A DNA stretch of 64,000 bases, taken from positions 3,328,001-3,392,000 of the forward strand of contig CAVYRF010000002.1 of assembly GCA_963770895.1 (NCBI GenBank). The letters run 5' to 3'. Both the position numbers and the translations under genes were made by a program. A model generated the notes under the pieces. That model searched no databases. It was given only the letters and a program-made list of their open reading frames with translations, and was not told where the DNA came from. Position 1 is the first letter of the stretch. Each line of letters begins with the position of its first letter. This DNA is from an uncultured Acidobacteriota bacterium. GTDB lineage: Bacteria; Acidobacteriota; Thermoanaerobaculia; Multivoradales; UBA5704. Positions 1 to 9,970 of this stretch are shown one piece after another.

Positions 1-596
1 CGAGGGTCCACAGCACGAATAGCGTCGGGTTGCGCCGAGCGACGAGTCCCAGCCAATGCACTGAGGCCCGCTTTCGGCGTTGCAGCCGTTTGTACTTCCG
101 TCGCGCCCAGGCCGCGAGGGCCTCGTTGAGGTGGCGAAGGACCTGGAGACACTTCGACCTGTAGAACCGGCCATAGTAGTTCATCCAGCCCCGTACCGAC
201 GGATTGACGAGCCGAGCCAGATCCTCCAGGGTTTGATTGTTCCTGGCGGACGCCATCCGCCACTGCCGGATGGTGGCGCGGATCGCCTTGGCGGCGTTGG
301 TGCTGATCGCCGGCAGGAAGCTGACGAAAAACTCTCCCTGGGGGTTCTTTGCGCGTCGAGGTTGGAAGGTGTAGCCCAGGAAGTCGAACGCTACGTGTTC
401 GTGCTCCCCACGCCGATTGTCGTCCTTGCAGTAGACGATCCGGGTCTTCACCGGGTGAAGATCCAGACCGCACTGCTCGAACCGATCCCGGATGGCGTCC
501 AACACTTCTTCGGCCTGCGACCTGCTCCGGCAATGGACGATCGCGTCGTCCGCATAACGTTCGAACTGGACGCTCCGGAAGTTCCCTTGCATCCAG
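1..596 (-). pseudogene. ltrA: Group II intron reverse transcriptase/maturase, C-terminal part (copy 1; runs off the window edge, split by IS21)
   Basis: Nearly identical to 22470-23065 of the intact RT; encodes RYADD and FDFLGY on the minus strand. Confidence 0.92.
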
Positions 597-707
597 TGCT
601 CGGCGACAATTACTGCTGTGCAGTGGCGACAACTACACCTGTGCAATTTGAGCAGCGCGTGAAGTGGTTGGCGGTCTCGTACCCCCGGCGACCGGGGAGG
701 AGGCTGT

Positions 708-2183
708 TTGGTCACGAGCGACGCACAGGTGAGACGACTCATGGAAGAGCTGGAGCGAGAAGGCAGGATCGGCAAAGCCGCCCTACGTGCGGGGATGCAC
801 CGCAACACGGCGCGGCGGTACCGGAAGCTGGGAAAGTTGCCATCGGAGCTGAAGCAGCCGCGGACGTGGCGGACGCGGGAGGACCCGTTTGCCGCGGATT
901 GGCCGGCTTTGGCGCAGCGTCTTTCGGAGGCGCCGGAGCTGGAAGCGAAGGTACTGTTCGAGGATTTGGTGGCGCGGCGTCCGGAGCGTTACGGGCCCGG
1001 GCAGATGCGGACGTTTCAGCGGCGGGTCAAGGTGTGGCGGGCGCAGCAAGGTCCCGCCAAGGAGGTGTTTTTCTCGCAGCAGCATCGGCCGGGTGAGGCG
1101 ATGCAGAGCGACTTCACCTGGGCCAAGGAGCTGGCGATCACGATCGGCGGCAAGCCGTTCAGCCACCTGCTGTGTCAGGCGGTGCTGCCGTACTCGAATT
1201 GGTCGTGGGTGACGGTGTGCTTTTCGGAATCGCTGTCGGCTCTGCGCCGCGGCGTACAGAGCGCGGTGTTCCGGTTGGGGCGGGTACCGCGGTTTCATCA
1301 GACGGATAACTCCACGGCGGCGACGCACGACCTGCGGACGGGCAAGCGCGGCTTCAACGCTGAGTATGAGGCGTTGATGCGTCACTTGGGGATGGAACCG
1401 CGGACCATCGAACCGGGCCAGAAGCATCAGAACGGTGACGTCGAGGCGCTCAACGGCGCGCTCAAGCGCCGGATCGAGCAGCATCTGTTGTTGCGTGGCA
1501 GCCGCGACTTTGCGAGCCAGGAGGCCTACGAATCGTGGCTTGTGGAGGTGATGGAGAAAGCCAACCGGCTGCGCCGCCGTCGGCTGGCTGAGGAGCTGGA
1601 GGCGATGCATGCGCTACGCGTGGATCGTCTGCCGGAGTACAGCGAGGTGGAGGTCCGGGTGAGCAGCTGGAGCACGATTCGCGTCAAGCACAACGCCTAC
1701 TCGGTGCCGTCACGCTTGACCGGCGAGCGGGTACGGGTGCGGCTGTTTGACGCCCGGTTGGAGGTCTTCTACGGCGGCAGTCATCAGCTGACGATCGATC
1801 GGCTGCGCGGCGAAGGGGGTCACCGCATCGACTACCGTCACATCATCTGGTCATTGGTGCGCAAGCCCGGCGCCTTCGCCCGCTACCGCTATCGCGAGGA
1901 GCTGTTTCCAACGCCGGCCTTTCGCCGCGCCTATGACCGACTGCACGCCGCACGGGCGACGCCGCGGGCCGATCTGGAGTACCTGCGGATTCTGCATTTG
2001 GCCGCCTCGACGATGGAGTCGGAGGTGGAGGTGGCGTTGGAGCTGTTGGGCAAGGAGTTGCCATTGTACGAGCGCGTCAAGGGCCTGGTGCAGCCTGCGC
2101 GATCGTTGGCGGCGCCGGCGGTTTCGGAGCCGGTGGTCGACTTGCGTGCTTACGATGCGTTGCTGGCACAGGTGGCGTCATGA
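708..2183 (+). CDS. istA: IS21 transposase IstA
   Basis: N-terminal HTH; DDE motifs (QSDF, TDNS, GDVE); YSVP motif; GGAGGAGG RBS. Confidence 0.95.
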   Translation: MVTSDAQVRRLMEELEREGRIGKAALRAGMHRNTARRYRKLGKLPSELKQPRTWRTREDPFAADWPALAQRLSEAPELEAKVLFEDLVARRPERYGPGQMRTFQRRVKVWRAQQGPAKEVFFSQQHRPGEAMQSDFTWAKELAITIGGKPFSHLLCQAVLPYSNWSWVTVCFSESLSALRRGVQSAVFRLGRVPRFHQTDNSTAATHDLRTGKRGFNAEYEALMRHLGMEPRTIEPGQKHQNGDVEALNGALKRRIEQHLLLRGSRDFASQEAYESWLVEVMEKANRLRRRRLAEELEAMHALRVDRLPEYSEVEVRVSSWSTIRVKHNAYSVPSRLTGERVRVRLFDARLEVFYGGSHQLTIDRLRGEGGHRIDYRHIIWSLVRKPGAFARYRYREELFPTPAFRRAYDRLHAARATPRADLEYLRILHLAASTMESEVEVALELLGKELPLYERVKGLVQPARSLAAPAVSEPVVDLRAYDALLAQVAS

Positions 2184-2947
2184 GCGCGGCGGCGGCAAGT
2201 CTGTCGATCCAGCTGCGGGAGCTCAAGCTGCCGGCGTTCGTGGCCTACCACGCGGAGGTAGCGCAGCGGGCCGAGCAGGGCGGCTGGTCGTTTGAGGAGT
2301 ACCTGGTGCAGCTGACGCAGCTGGAGCTCGACGAGCGCCAACAGCGCAAGCTCGAACGCCTGCGCCGGGCCTCGCAGTTACCGGCGGAGAAGACGCTGGC
2401 GACGCTGGACCTATCGCGTCTTCCGGCCAAGGTCCGTCGCCTCCTGCCCAGCCTGTGCGAGGGCGGCTTCGTCGAGCGGGCGGAGAATCTGCTGGCGTTC
2501 GGCCTGCCCGGTCGGGGCAAGTCGCACACGTTGTGCGCGGTCGGTCACGCGCTGGTCGAGCGCGGCTACAAGGTGCTGTTCACGCCGGCGTACCGGCTGG
2601 TGCAGCGTCTGCTGGTGGCCAAGCGGAACCTCGCGTTGGAGGGCGAGCTGCGCCGTCTGGACGGCTTTGACGCCGTGCTGGTGGACGACATCGGCTACAT
2701 CCAGCAGGACCGCGAGGAGATGGAGGTACTGTTCACGTTTCTTGCCGAGCGCTACGAGCGCAAGAGCGTGCTGATCACCAGCAACCTGGTGTTTTCCCAG
2801 TGGGATCAGATCTTCAAGAACCCGATGACCACGGCCGCGGCGATCGACCGCCTGGTCCACCACGCGGTGATCCTGGAGATGACCGGTCCTAGCCTGCGCT
2901 CGGAAACCGCCGTATTGAAGAATCGCGCCGAGGCAGACAGTGCATAA
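2180..2947 (+). CDS. istB: IS21 helper ATPase IstB
   Basis: Walker A GLPGRGKS, Walker B LVDDIGY, ITSN, AIDRLVHH; ATGA overlap with istA. Confidence 0.96.
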   Translation: MSAAAASLSIQLRELKLPAFVAYHAEVAQRAEQGGWSFEEYLVQLTQLELDERQQRKLERLRRASQLPAEKTLATLDLSRLPAKVRRLLPSLCEGGFVERAENLLAFGLPGRGKSHTLCAVGHALVERGYKVLFTPAYRLVQRLLVAKRNLALEGELRRLDGFDAVLVDDIGYIQQDREEMEVLFTFLAERYERKSVLITSNLVFSQWDQIFKNPMTTAAAIDRLVHHAVILEMTGPSLRSETAVLKNRAEADSA

Positions 2948-3213
2948 GCAAACGCTGCCGGCCTGTGGAAGGTGCCGTCCTGTGGAAAACTGGAGCCGCC
3001 GCCCGCCCCACCTCCAGTTTCCCACAGGACTTGGACCACCCACTCGCGTTTCCCACACCTCCGCACAGGCCCGGCGGCGACTAGGCTCTATGCGCCTGAT
3101 TCCATTGAAGAAAGAAGCTACCCCGAAGGCCGGGCCTGCGGCCCGCCCTTCTCCCCCTACACAATGCACAAGTGTAATTGTCGTCGCTGCACAAGTGTAG
3201 TTGACGCCGGGCA

Positions 3214-3614
3214 ATCCAGGTGTCGAACGCATAGTGCAGGAAGAGGTTGGCCAGCAGCGGACTGAGGACTCCGCCCTGCGGCGTGCCCCTCGTGCGCGGC
3301 TCCACGGTCCCGTCTGCCCGCTGCACGGGGGCGCGAAGCCACCGTGCAACGTACAGGCGGACCCATGGGATGTCGGTGTGGTGCGCCACGGCGCGCTCGA
3401 CGAGATCGTGATCCAGGCTGTCAAAGAACGCCTTGATGTCCAGATCGATGACCCAGTCGGCGGCCCAGCATCGCCTCCTGGCAGTCTCCACGGCGTCGAG
3501 CGCAGACCGGCCAGGTCGATAGGCGAACGAGTCGGGATGGAAGCTTGGCTCCACCAGCGGCTCGAGCACCATCTTCGTGACCGTCTGAGCAACGCGGTCG
3601 GCAACCGTGGGAAT
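3214..3614 (-). pseudogene. ltrA: Group II intron RT, middle part (copy 1; first ~78 codons missing)
   Basis: IPTVADR...GTPQGGVLSPLLAN matches the intact RT; similarity stops abruptly at about 3614. Confidence 0.9.
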
Positions 3615-3621
3615 CGTGGTT

Positions 3622-4530
3622 TCAAATTGCGCCTCTTGCAGTAGTGGTTTGAGTTCGTAGCTTGATCCGCGTCGAACGAGAGACTCTCTGCCGGCAGGCT
3701 TCCTCCACGGCACGCGAAAACGGCACGCTCAAGCGCCCGCCCGCGCCGCGGCGCACGTCAAGCTGGCCGCAAGAGATCCAGTAGTAGACCACGCTCTCCG
3801 CGAGGTCGAGGCGATCGGCGATCTCGGCGACGGTCAACTCGCCGGGGCCGACAAGCGATCGTAGGGGGGCGGGAATCTTGTTCGCATAACGAATCCAGCG
3901 GACGGCGGCGGCGTTGAAGGGACGCCCCGCGCCGGTCGTCAAGCCGGCAGCCGCAAGCTCGGCCACGAGCTCCTCGGCGCTGCGCCCGGAGTGGCGCCTC
4001 ACCAGGTCGATCGCAGCGGCGGGGGTCTGCCGCGGCACGGAGCGAAGGACGACCAGCTCTTCGCTCGCTCCTGTCCGCCAGCGAATGCCCACGCGTATCC
4101 GCGCCCGTCCTCCGAGATCAAGGCAACGTCGGCCACAAGGGTACGCAAGAGGCGTTTGCGATCTTTGGGCGAAGTGGTGGGCGCGGCCCACAGATGAGGT
4201 AAGTCCAGGGCCAACGCTGCCAGATCGTCGCGTGACGGCAAGGGAGCGGCCACCGCCCGCGACGTCGCCAAGGCAGCCTCCGCCTCGCCGAGGACCACCA
4301 GCTTCTCCTCCCAGCGTTGCTCGAGGCTGCGAGCGACCAGACGGTTCTCGGGCTCACAGCGGTGGAACGCCCGCTCCGCCCTCGCTGCCTCGTAGCGGGC
4401 TCGCTCCACTTGGAGTTCTTGCGCTCGGGTGCTGCGCTCCCGTCGCGTGGTGACTTCCTCCGCCGCCGCCAAGGCCAGCGCGATTTGTTCTGGAGCCACG
4501 GCCGCGAGCAGTCGTTCGGCCACCGCGACC
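3622..4530 (-). pseudogene. Large serine recombinase family protein, C-terminal remnant with a frameshift near 4100
   Basis: Coiled coil ERARYEAARAERAF..EPENRLVARSLEQRWEEKL and DRKRLLRTLV continue in another frame into VGIRWRTG and a C-terminal HTH; catalytic N-terminus absent. Confidence 0.75.
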
Positions 4531-4571
4531 CCTTGGTGGCATGGGCGGCATCGCTCCCCATCATCTACTAA

Positions 4572-6074
4572 CTCTACTTTGTCAGATTCGTCGACGAGGT
4601 AGAGGCCCTGGATTCTTGCTGTCGGCGAGAAGCAGAGTCGATAGCGGCTTGACGTTGGCGGTGCCGGCTCTGCACCTGACGGATCGACTCCTCGATGTCG
4701 AGGTCCCGCCGGGGTAAGAGCCGAACGAGCAGATGTTTCACGTCGGCAGCACTCAGGAGAGGAAGAGCCTCGCTCTGCAACTGCTTTTCTTTCAGAATGA
4801 AAAGCAGCGCCATCATGACGAGGGCCATGTGGTGATACCAAGCTTGCCAGCTTCGCGCCTGGTATTCGTCCATGCCGGCCTCGTTCTTGGCTTCCTGGAA
4901 GGCACGTTCGACCCAGTAGCGCTGCCGCTGCATATAAGCCAACCGTTGCAAAGAGGTCTGCTCGGCGGCATTGCTGAAGCTGTACTTGGTGGTGTCGGGC
5001 GCACCGATCTCGCGCGTCACGATCAACTGCCAACAGCGGGCTTGGGTCTCTGTGGCTTCGCGCACCCAGACGCGGCAACGCAGGGCTTGCACACGAAGCT
5101 CCCCTTGGGTCCCGCGCCGGACCCATACTTCTTGCCATGCTGCGGCCGGTTGGCGAGCAACCCATTCGTCCACACGCAAGTCTTCAGCGCGAGACTCCGG
5201 TGTCGCCCGACGTCGTTTGGCCCGACGCGGGTTGTCAAGAAAGACCCGTTGGTCCCGGTGAACATCGATGACAAACGTCTCATCGGCGTCGTCGAGGGCG
5301 CGCAGCAGAGCGCGATCCTGACCATACGTCCCATCCGCCGCCACCCAGGCGAAGTGCACTCCGTTGCGTCGTGCTCGTCGAACCAGATCCAGAGCCAACG
5401 CTGGCTTCGTCTTCATCACGCGGCGCTCAACCGGCACACCCGCCGCGGCACATCGCATTGGATCCTCGACCCACTCCCGCGGCAGGTACAGCTCCGCATC
5501 GATCAGGCTGACCCGCTTGCCTCGCGCCAAGGCGGCGAAGACCGCCACCTGGCAGTTATCCGTCTTGCCCTGCAAGCCGAACCACTGCCGAGCTACGCCC
5601 ACCGACCGAACGCCTTTCTTCGCAAAGCAGGTCTCGTCGAGCAGCAGGCAGGTGTCCTGATCTCCGCCCAACAGCCCGCCGACCTCTTTCGCCACTTGAT
5701 CCATGACGGCTCGCGCATCCCAGGGCGAATGAGCGAGAAAGTGGTGCAGTGCCTGAGCCTCGGTGCCGGGCACCACCTCTGCCATCCGCTGGACGTTGCG
5801 CTTTGCGGCCTGCAACAAACCGCTCAGATACGCCCGTGCTTGCAAGTTCACGTCTCGGGTCCGCAGGCGGAAAAGAAGCGCAAATCCCCGCTGAAAGGCC
5901 AGGAATCGCGCTCCCAGCTCTTGCAGGGGAGCTGGGGCATAGCGTCTCTCCTTCCGACTATGGTCCTTTGAGGGGGGGAAGCATCTGGTCTCGGCGAGAA
6001 ATCATACTTTCCAGCCCAATTCTAAGAGCTAACCGCCTTGGAATCAAGCGCTTCCGAAATCTGACAAAGTAGAG
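4572..6074 (-). mobile_element. IS701-family insertion sequence
   Basis: Perfect 17-bp terminal IRs CTCTACTTTGTCAGATT (4572-4588 / 6058-6074) flanked by a CTAA duplication (4568-4571, 6075-6078). Confidence 0.93.
4574..5851 (-). CDS. IS701-family DDE transposase
   Basis: LDETCFAKKG..SVGVARQ..G..GKTDNCQV, ADGTYG, R..VERAFQEAK, W.HHMAL motifs; the true start may lie further upstream. Confidence 0.92.
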   Translation of the reverse strand: MNLQARAYLSGLLQAAKRNVQRMAEVVPGTEAQALHHFLAHSPWDARAVMDQVAKEVGGLLGGDQDTCLLLDETCFAKKGVRSVGVARQWFGLQGKTDNCQVAVFAALARGKRVSLIDAELYLPREWVEDPMRCAAAGVPVERRVMKTKPALALDLVRRARRNGVHFAWVAADGTYGQDRALLRALDDADETFVIDVHRDQRVFLDNPRRAKRRRATPESRAEDLRVDEWVARQPAAAWQEVWVRRGTQGELRVQALRCRVWVREATETQARCWQLIVTREIGAPDTTKYSFSNAAEQTSLQRLAYMQRQRYWVERAFQEAKNEAGMDEYQARSWQAWYHHMALVMMALLFILKEKQLQSEALPLLSAADVKHLLVRLLPRRDLDIEESIRQVQSRHRQRQAAIDSASRRQQESRASTSSTNLTK

Positions 6075-6094
6075 CTAAGCCGGGCTGTATGCCT

Positions 6095-6540
6095 CGGCCG
6101 GCTGTGACCCGCGCCTTCCGCGCCGGCACCGACCGCCGCGGCTTCTGCAAGATCGTTCGGTCAAGACCAACCTCGGGCACCTCGATTCGGCGGCCGGCAT
6201 CGCCGGTCTGATCAAGAGCGTGCTCGCCTTGGAGCACCGGCTCATCCCGCCGAGCTTGCACTGCGCGAGCCCAACCCGGCGGTGCCGTGGGAGGAAACGC
6301 CATTCACCGTCGCCGCCGCCGCGGAGCCCTGGGAGAGCTCCGGCGGGCCGCGGCGGGCAGGCGTCAATTCCTTCCGCATCGGTGGCACCAACGCCCACGT
6401 GGTGCTCGAAGAGGCGCCGCCCGCGGCCGCCTCGGGACCCTCGCGCCCCTGGCAGTTGGTGGTGCTGTCGGCGGCAAACGCCGCCGCGGGCGATCTCGCC
6501 GGCTGGCTCGGTGCTCATCCCGAGGTGCCGCTGGCCCCGC
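6095..6540 (+). pseudogene. Type I PKS ketosynthase C-terminal fragment (frameshifted)
   Basis: [27 protein letters not shown] and [22 protein letters not shown] spread over different frames. Confidence 0.8.
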
Positions 6541-6554
6541 CTGCCCTCGTGCAC

Positions 6555-6794
6555 CGCCTACGCCAGGCGCTTCATGAACGAGCGCAACCGCAGCGCCGCC
6601 GCGACGCTCGCCGACTTCGCCACGGCGCGCGGCTGCTCGCTGCGCGAGCTGGCGTTCTCCTGGCTGCTGCACCGGCCGGTCGTCTCATCGGTCATCGCCG
6701 GCGCCACCAGCGCGTACGGGCCAACGCCGCAGCCCCCGGCCGGCAGCTCACCGCCGAGGATCTCGCTGCGATCGACCGGCTCGCGACGCTCTGA
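6555..6794 (+). pseudogene. Aldo/keto reductase C-terminal fragment
   Basis: [21 protein letters not shown] followed, after a frameshift, by [10 protein letters not shown]. Confidence 0.65.
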
Positions 6795-6935
6795 CGGAGC
6801 GCTCGGCTTCTTGGCGGAGGAGACTAGCCCCATAAGGGCTTGTTTCTTTCTCTTCTTTATTCTAGAATTACTATTCTTGAGGATTCCTTGCATGACGCTG
6901 ACTTCTATACCCTCGGGCTGCTCGACCTAGGCGCA

Positions 6936-9659
6936 ATGCTTGGAAACACAGACCTTACTCAGTCGACAGGCCTGCCCGCTCCCCCGGTCATCGCCCGGCT
7001 CGCAGGCCTATCCGCACAGGCCATCGAATCCCTTACGAGCCCGTCCTGCCTCGCCCTTCTGCAAGCCCGGGAGCTTCTCCAAGCAGAGCTCGAAGAATCC
7101 AGACGATCCATGGCCGAGGCCATCGGCCACGCCCTGCTTGGATTCAACGTTGAGCACCGCCGGTTCCTGCTGGCGATCAAGCGCAGCTGCTTCAACCGCC
7201 GCGAGATCGGGATTCACCGCGAAAAAACACTCTGGAACGTGCTTATCCGGCTTTCCCCCAATCTGGCAGAGAGGATGGCGGCTCTTGAAGATCAACTCCG
7301 CGCGAACGATCTCGCTCTCACCGCCCTTTACAAGCGTGAGCGCACCCGCGAACGACGACATGTCCTCGACCTGATAGAAGACCACCGCTTCTTACGGGGT
7401 GTGGCCCTGGGAAGTCCTGGCTTAGTTCAGAAGATACGCGCTCATGCCCCATCTCTAACGGCTTCCGACCCACTGAAACACCCCGCGAAGTGGGAACAGA
7501 GCCTTCTTCGCTTCGTTACCCGCGCGGCGGCCAAGCTGTCCGCCAACTCGACGCTCACTACCTATGCTTTGGGGAGCATCCAGGCATCGCCATCCTCGCA
7601 AGCCCTGCATTTCGTCCACTCTCCACAAAGAGAGCTTTCATTAGTGCGCGCGGACCGCCCAGAGACCGAGAAGCTCGAAAATCTTCTTCTGCGCCATCCG
7701 GCGGTACGAGCGCGCGCCTTTGTCGCCAGCAACAACAAATGCGAAGAACTCGAGGCGGGGCGGCATCGCTTCCTGCGTGGTGGCCACTGGACCCTCGATC
7801 CTGGCGCGAAAGATCTTCGCTTTGTCGCGCCCTCACGGATTACGCTGAACCTCTCCAACTCGCTCTTGGGAGTTGCCCAAAAAGCTCTCCGTAGCGGTGA
7901 GCTCCGATATGACCGACTGCTGGCTATTCTAAGAGACGCACTTCAAGGGATTCCGATAGCCGACACGCCCAGCACGTGCCCCGAGAGCGCGCTCGATCAA
8001 TTCCTTGACCTCGGACTCCTTGTTCTCATGCCGCCATGGCGACCTTATGATGCCTGGTTGGAGCAACAAATCTGCGAGTTCCTGCGAGCGGTGCCAAACG
8101 CACCCGCTCTTCTCTCGATTGCCGACATCCTGGACGAGCTCCTCGCCGCCGAAAGACGATTCGCTTCAACGCCCCGGCCCGAGACTGCGATCGCCAGCAT
8201 GGAAGATACCTTCTCGCGGCTGCTCAACACGGTTGCCCACCAAGTCGGCCATGAGGGTTCGCTCACAACTCGGCCCCATTTCTTCGAAGACGTGCTCGTA
8301 GAACCCGTGGCGCCCTCAGCAGACAACCGGATACTCATTCAGGTCGCGGCGTCAACGGTTCAGAAGATCCTCGAGAGCGCAACCCTTGTCTCACGCTTTG
8401 CGGGCTTGTTCAACCATCGCCACGACGTTCTGCACACCCTGGCCGCCTGGTGGAAGGATCACGAGCCAAGCCGTCGCGAGATCCCCTTTCTCGTGATCGC
8501 CCAGGGGTTTGCCCCGATCTGGAGCCAGTTCATCCATTTTAACAAGACCGCGAACGCGTCTACCCTCAGCATGTTCGATCCGCTGCAAACGTCTAGTCTC
8601 CGGACGCTGCTGGAATTACGCCGGACACTCCTCGTCAACTACAGAGCTTTGCTGAGCGCATCGCCAACAAAAGATCTCATCTCACCGCAAGATCTCGCAG
8701 AGCTCGTACAGTCGCTTCCCTGCCGCTACGCCCCTCTGGTCGGATCATGCGTCTTCGTCCAACCCATCGATGCCGATGGCGATTACTGGGTGCTCAACGA
8801 TATTCATGAGGGGACGGGCCGCTACTTGAGCCGCGTCACACCACTGTTGGAAAAGCCACTCCAGCAGCGGTTCCTCGACCATCTAACTGCGAGATCGACT
8901 GTCGCTCTCGAAGGAGAGGAGGCCGATCTACTGGAGGTCATGAATCCCTGGGGCAACCTGGTAAATGCGCATCCGCCTCAGGCAGCGAAAGTCTTGGACA
9001 TCCCGGGCCTGCGCCTTGATCTGCCGCCAGCGCGGAGGATCCGGCTCGGCGACCTCACAGTGCAAGCGGATCTCGACGCCGAGGACTTCCGTTTGGTCGA
9101 CGCTTCAGGACGGCGCATGCTCCCCGTCAACCTGAGCACCCTGGCCGATGTCTGGCATCCAAATATCCTACGCTTTCTTCTCGCGTTTGGGCCTGGCCAG
9201 ACTCGCGGTGTCTTTCCCCCTGCGCACTCGGAGGGCGATGATAACCTGTGCAGCTTCGACCGCTTAACCTGCGGCAAGTTGGTGCTACGCCGGCGGCGCT
9301 GGATGATCGCTATCCAATGCCTCCGCGAAGGGTTGCAGGGTCTTTCCGCTCTCGAATCTTACGCTTACGTCCAAACCTGGCGCCGTCGGTTACAGCTGCC
9401 GCAGGTGGGCTTTTATTCCGAGCGCACCTATCATGGTGCATTCAAGCCACAGTATGTTGACCTAAGCTCTCCGTCCCTGTGCGGACTTTTCGTGTCCAGC
9501 CTGAGCAGGATGACGGCTGGACATCTGGTCCTTGAAGAAGCCCTGCCTTCACCCGCAAGCTACCCTTTCGATGTGATGGCAAATCGCCGAGGGCTTGAGC
9601 TTCTGATAGATAGCTTGGCAATCCGTGCCGCTGGTGGAGCTCACTCTGCCAAGGCATGA
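6936..9659 (+). CDS. Lantibiotic dehydratase, glutamylation domain (split LanB / TbtB-like)
   Basis: RAAAKLSANSTLT (cf. RxxxKxSPFSTFT), FFED, GRYLSR, GKLVLRRRRW, KPQYVDLSSP, LEEALP; start uncertain (ORF open from 6840). Confidence 0.88.
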   Translation: MLGNTDLTQSTGLPAPPVIARLAGLSAQAIESLTSPSCLALLQARELLQAELEESRRSMAEAIGHALLGFNVEHRRFLLAIKRSCFNRREIGIHREKTLWNVLIRLSPNLAERMAALEDQLRANDLALTALYKRERTRERRHVLDLIEDHRFLRGVALGSPGLVQKIRAHAPSLTASDPLKHPAKWEQSLLRFVTRAAAKLSANSTLTTYALGSIQASPSSQALHFVHSPQRELSLVRADRPETEKLENLLLRHPAVRARAFVASNNKCEELEAGRHRFLRGGHWTLDPGAKDLRFVAPSRITLNLSNSLLGVAQKALRSGELRYDRLLAILRDALQGIPIADTPSTCPESALDQFLDLGLLVLMPPWRPYDAWLEQQICEFLRAVPNAPALLSIADILDELLAAERRFASTPRPETAIASMEDTFSRLLNTVAHQVGHEGSLTTRPHFFEDVLVEPVAPSADNRILIQVAASTVQKILESATLVSRFAGLFNHRHDVLHTLAAWWKDHEPSRREIPFLVIAQGFAPIWSQFIHFNKTANASTLSMFDPLQTSSLRTLLELRRTLLVNYRALLSASPTKDLISPQDLAELVQSLPCRYAPLVGSCVFVQPIDADGDYWVLNDIHEGTGRYLSRVTPLLEKPLQQRFLDHLTARSTVALEGEEADLLEVMNPWGNLVNAHPPQAAKVLDIPGLRLDLPPARRIRLGDLTVQADLDAEDFRLVDASGRRMLPVNLSTLADVWHPNILRFLLAFGPGQTRGVFPPAHSEGDDNLCSFDRLTCGKLVLRRRRWMIAIQCLREGLQGLSALESYAYVQTWRRRLQLPQVGFYSERTYHGAFKPQYVDLSSPSLCGLFVSSLSRMTAGHLVLEEALPSPASYPFDVMANRRGLELLIDSLAIRAAGGAHSAKA

Positions 9660-9699
9660 GTACGACAGAGAGATGAATCTCTCAGAAAGGAAGTGCAAA

Positions 9700-9861
9700 A
9701 TGTCAGAGACACTGGACCCGAAGGCGGACGTCGAGATCGAGACCCTTTCCGAAGAAGATCTCGATTCGGTCAGTGGTGGGGTCAACAGCGGGGCTCCCGA
9801 CAACACCGGAACCGGAACCTGCGTCAACAACTCAGGGACCGGGACCTGCTCTGGTTCCTAG
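9700..9861 (+). CDS. RiPP precursor peptide, 53 aa: double-glycine leader and Ser/Thr/Cys/Asn-rich core
   Basis: AGAAAGGAAG RBS; MSETLDPKADVEIETLSEEDLDSVSGG | VNSGAPDNTGTGTCVNNSGTGTCSGS; directly downstream of the dehydratase. Confidence 0.9.
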   Translation: MSETLDPKADVEIETLSEEDLDSVSGGVNSGAPDNTGTGTCVNNSGTGTCSGS

Positions 9862-9874
9862 TCTTCGGAGCGAC

Positions 9875-9908
9875 TCCCCGCCCCCGATCGCTTGGTCGGG
9901 GGCGGGGA
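9875..9908 (+). terminator. Strong GC stem-loop after the precursor (mRNA-stabilising or partial terminator)
   Basis: TCCCCGCCCCCGATC-gctt-GGTCGGGGGCGGGGA, a 15-bp stem with one G-U pair; no clear U tract. Confidence 0.7.
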
Positions 9909-9970
9909 ATTCCGGTTCGTTATTCGTCGGACGGGGTTTGGCGCTTACCCACGGCAAGGGAGGTAGTGTG

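Larger units (their letters stand above)
597..3213 (+). mobile_element. IS21-family insertion sequence
   Basis: TG...CA ends; imperfect IRs TGCTCGGCGACAATTAC / TGCCCGGCGTCAACTAC with subterminal repeats; 6-bp target duplication ATCCAG at 591-596 and 3214-3219, present once in the intact RT at about 23060. Confidence 0.95.

Noticed and set aside
80-1096. 338-aa plus-strand ORF (and its paralogue 22525-24129)
   Set aside because: Antisense shadows of the intron RT
6095-6540. Functional PKS linked to the RiPP (lipolanthine-like hybrid)
   Set aside because: Only a frameshifted KS C-terminal scrap, with no AT or ACP
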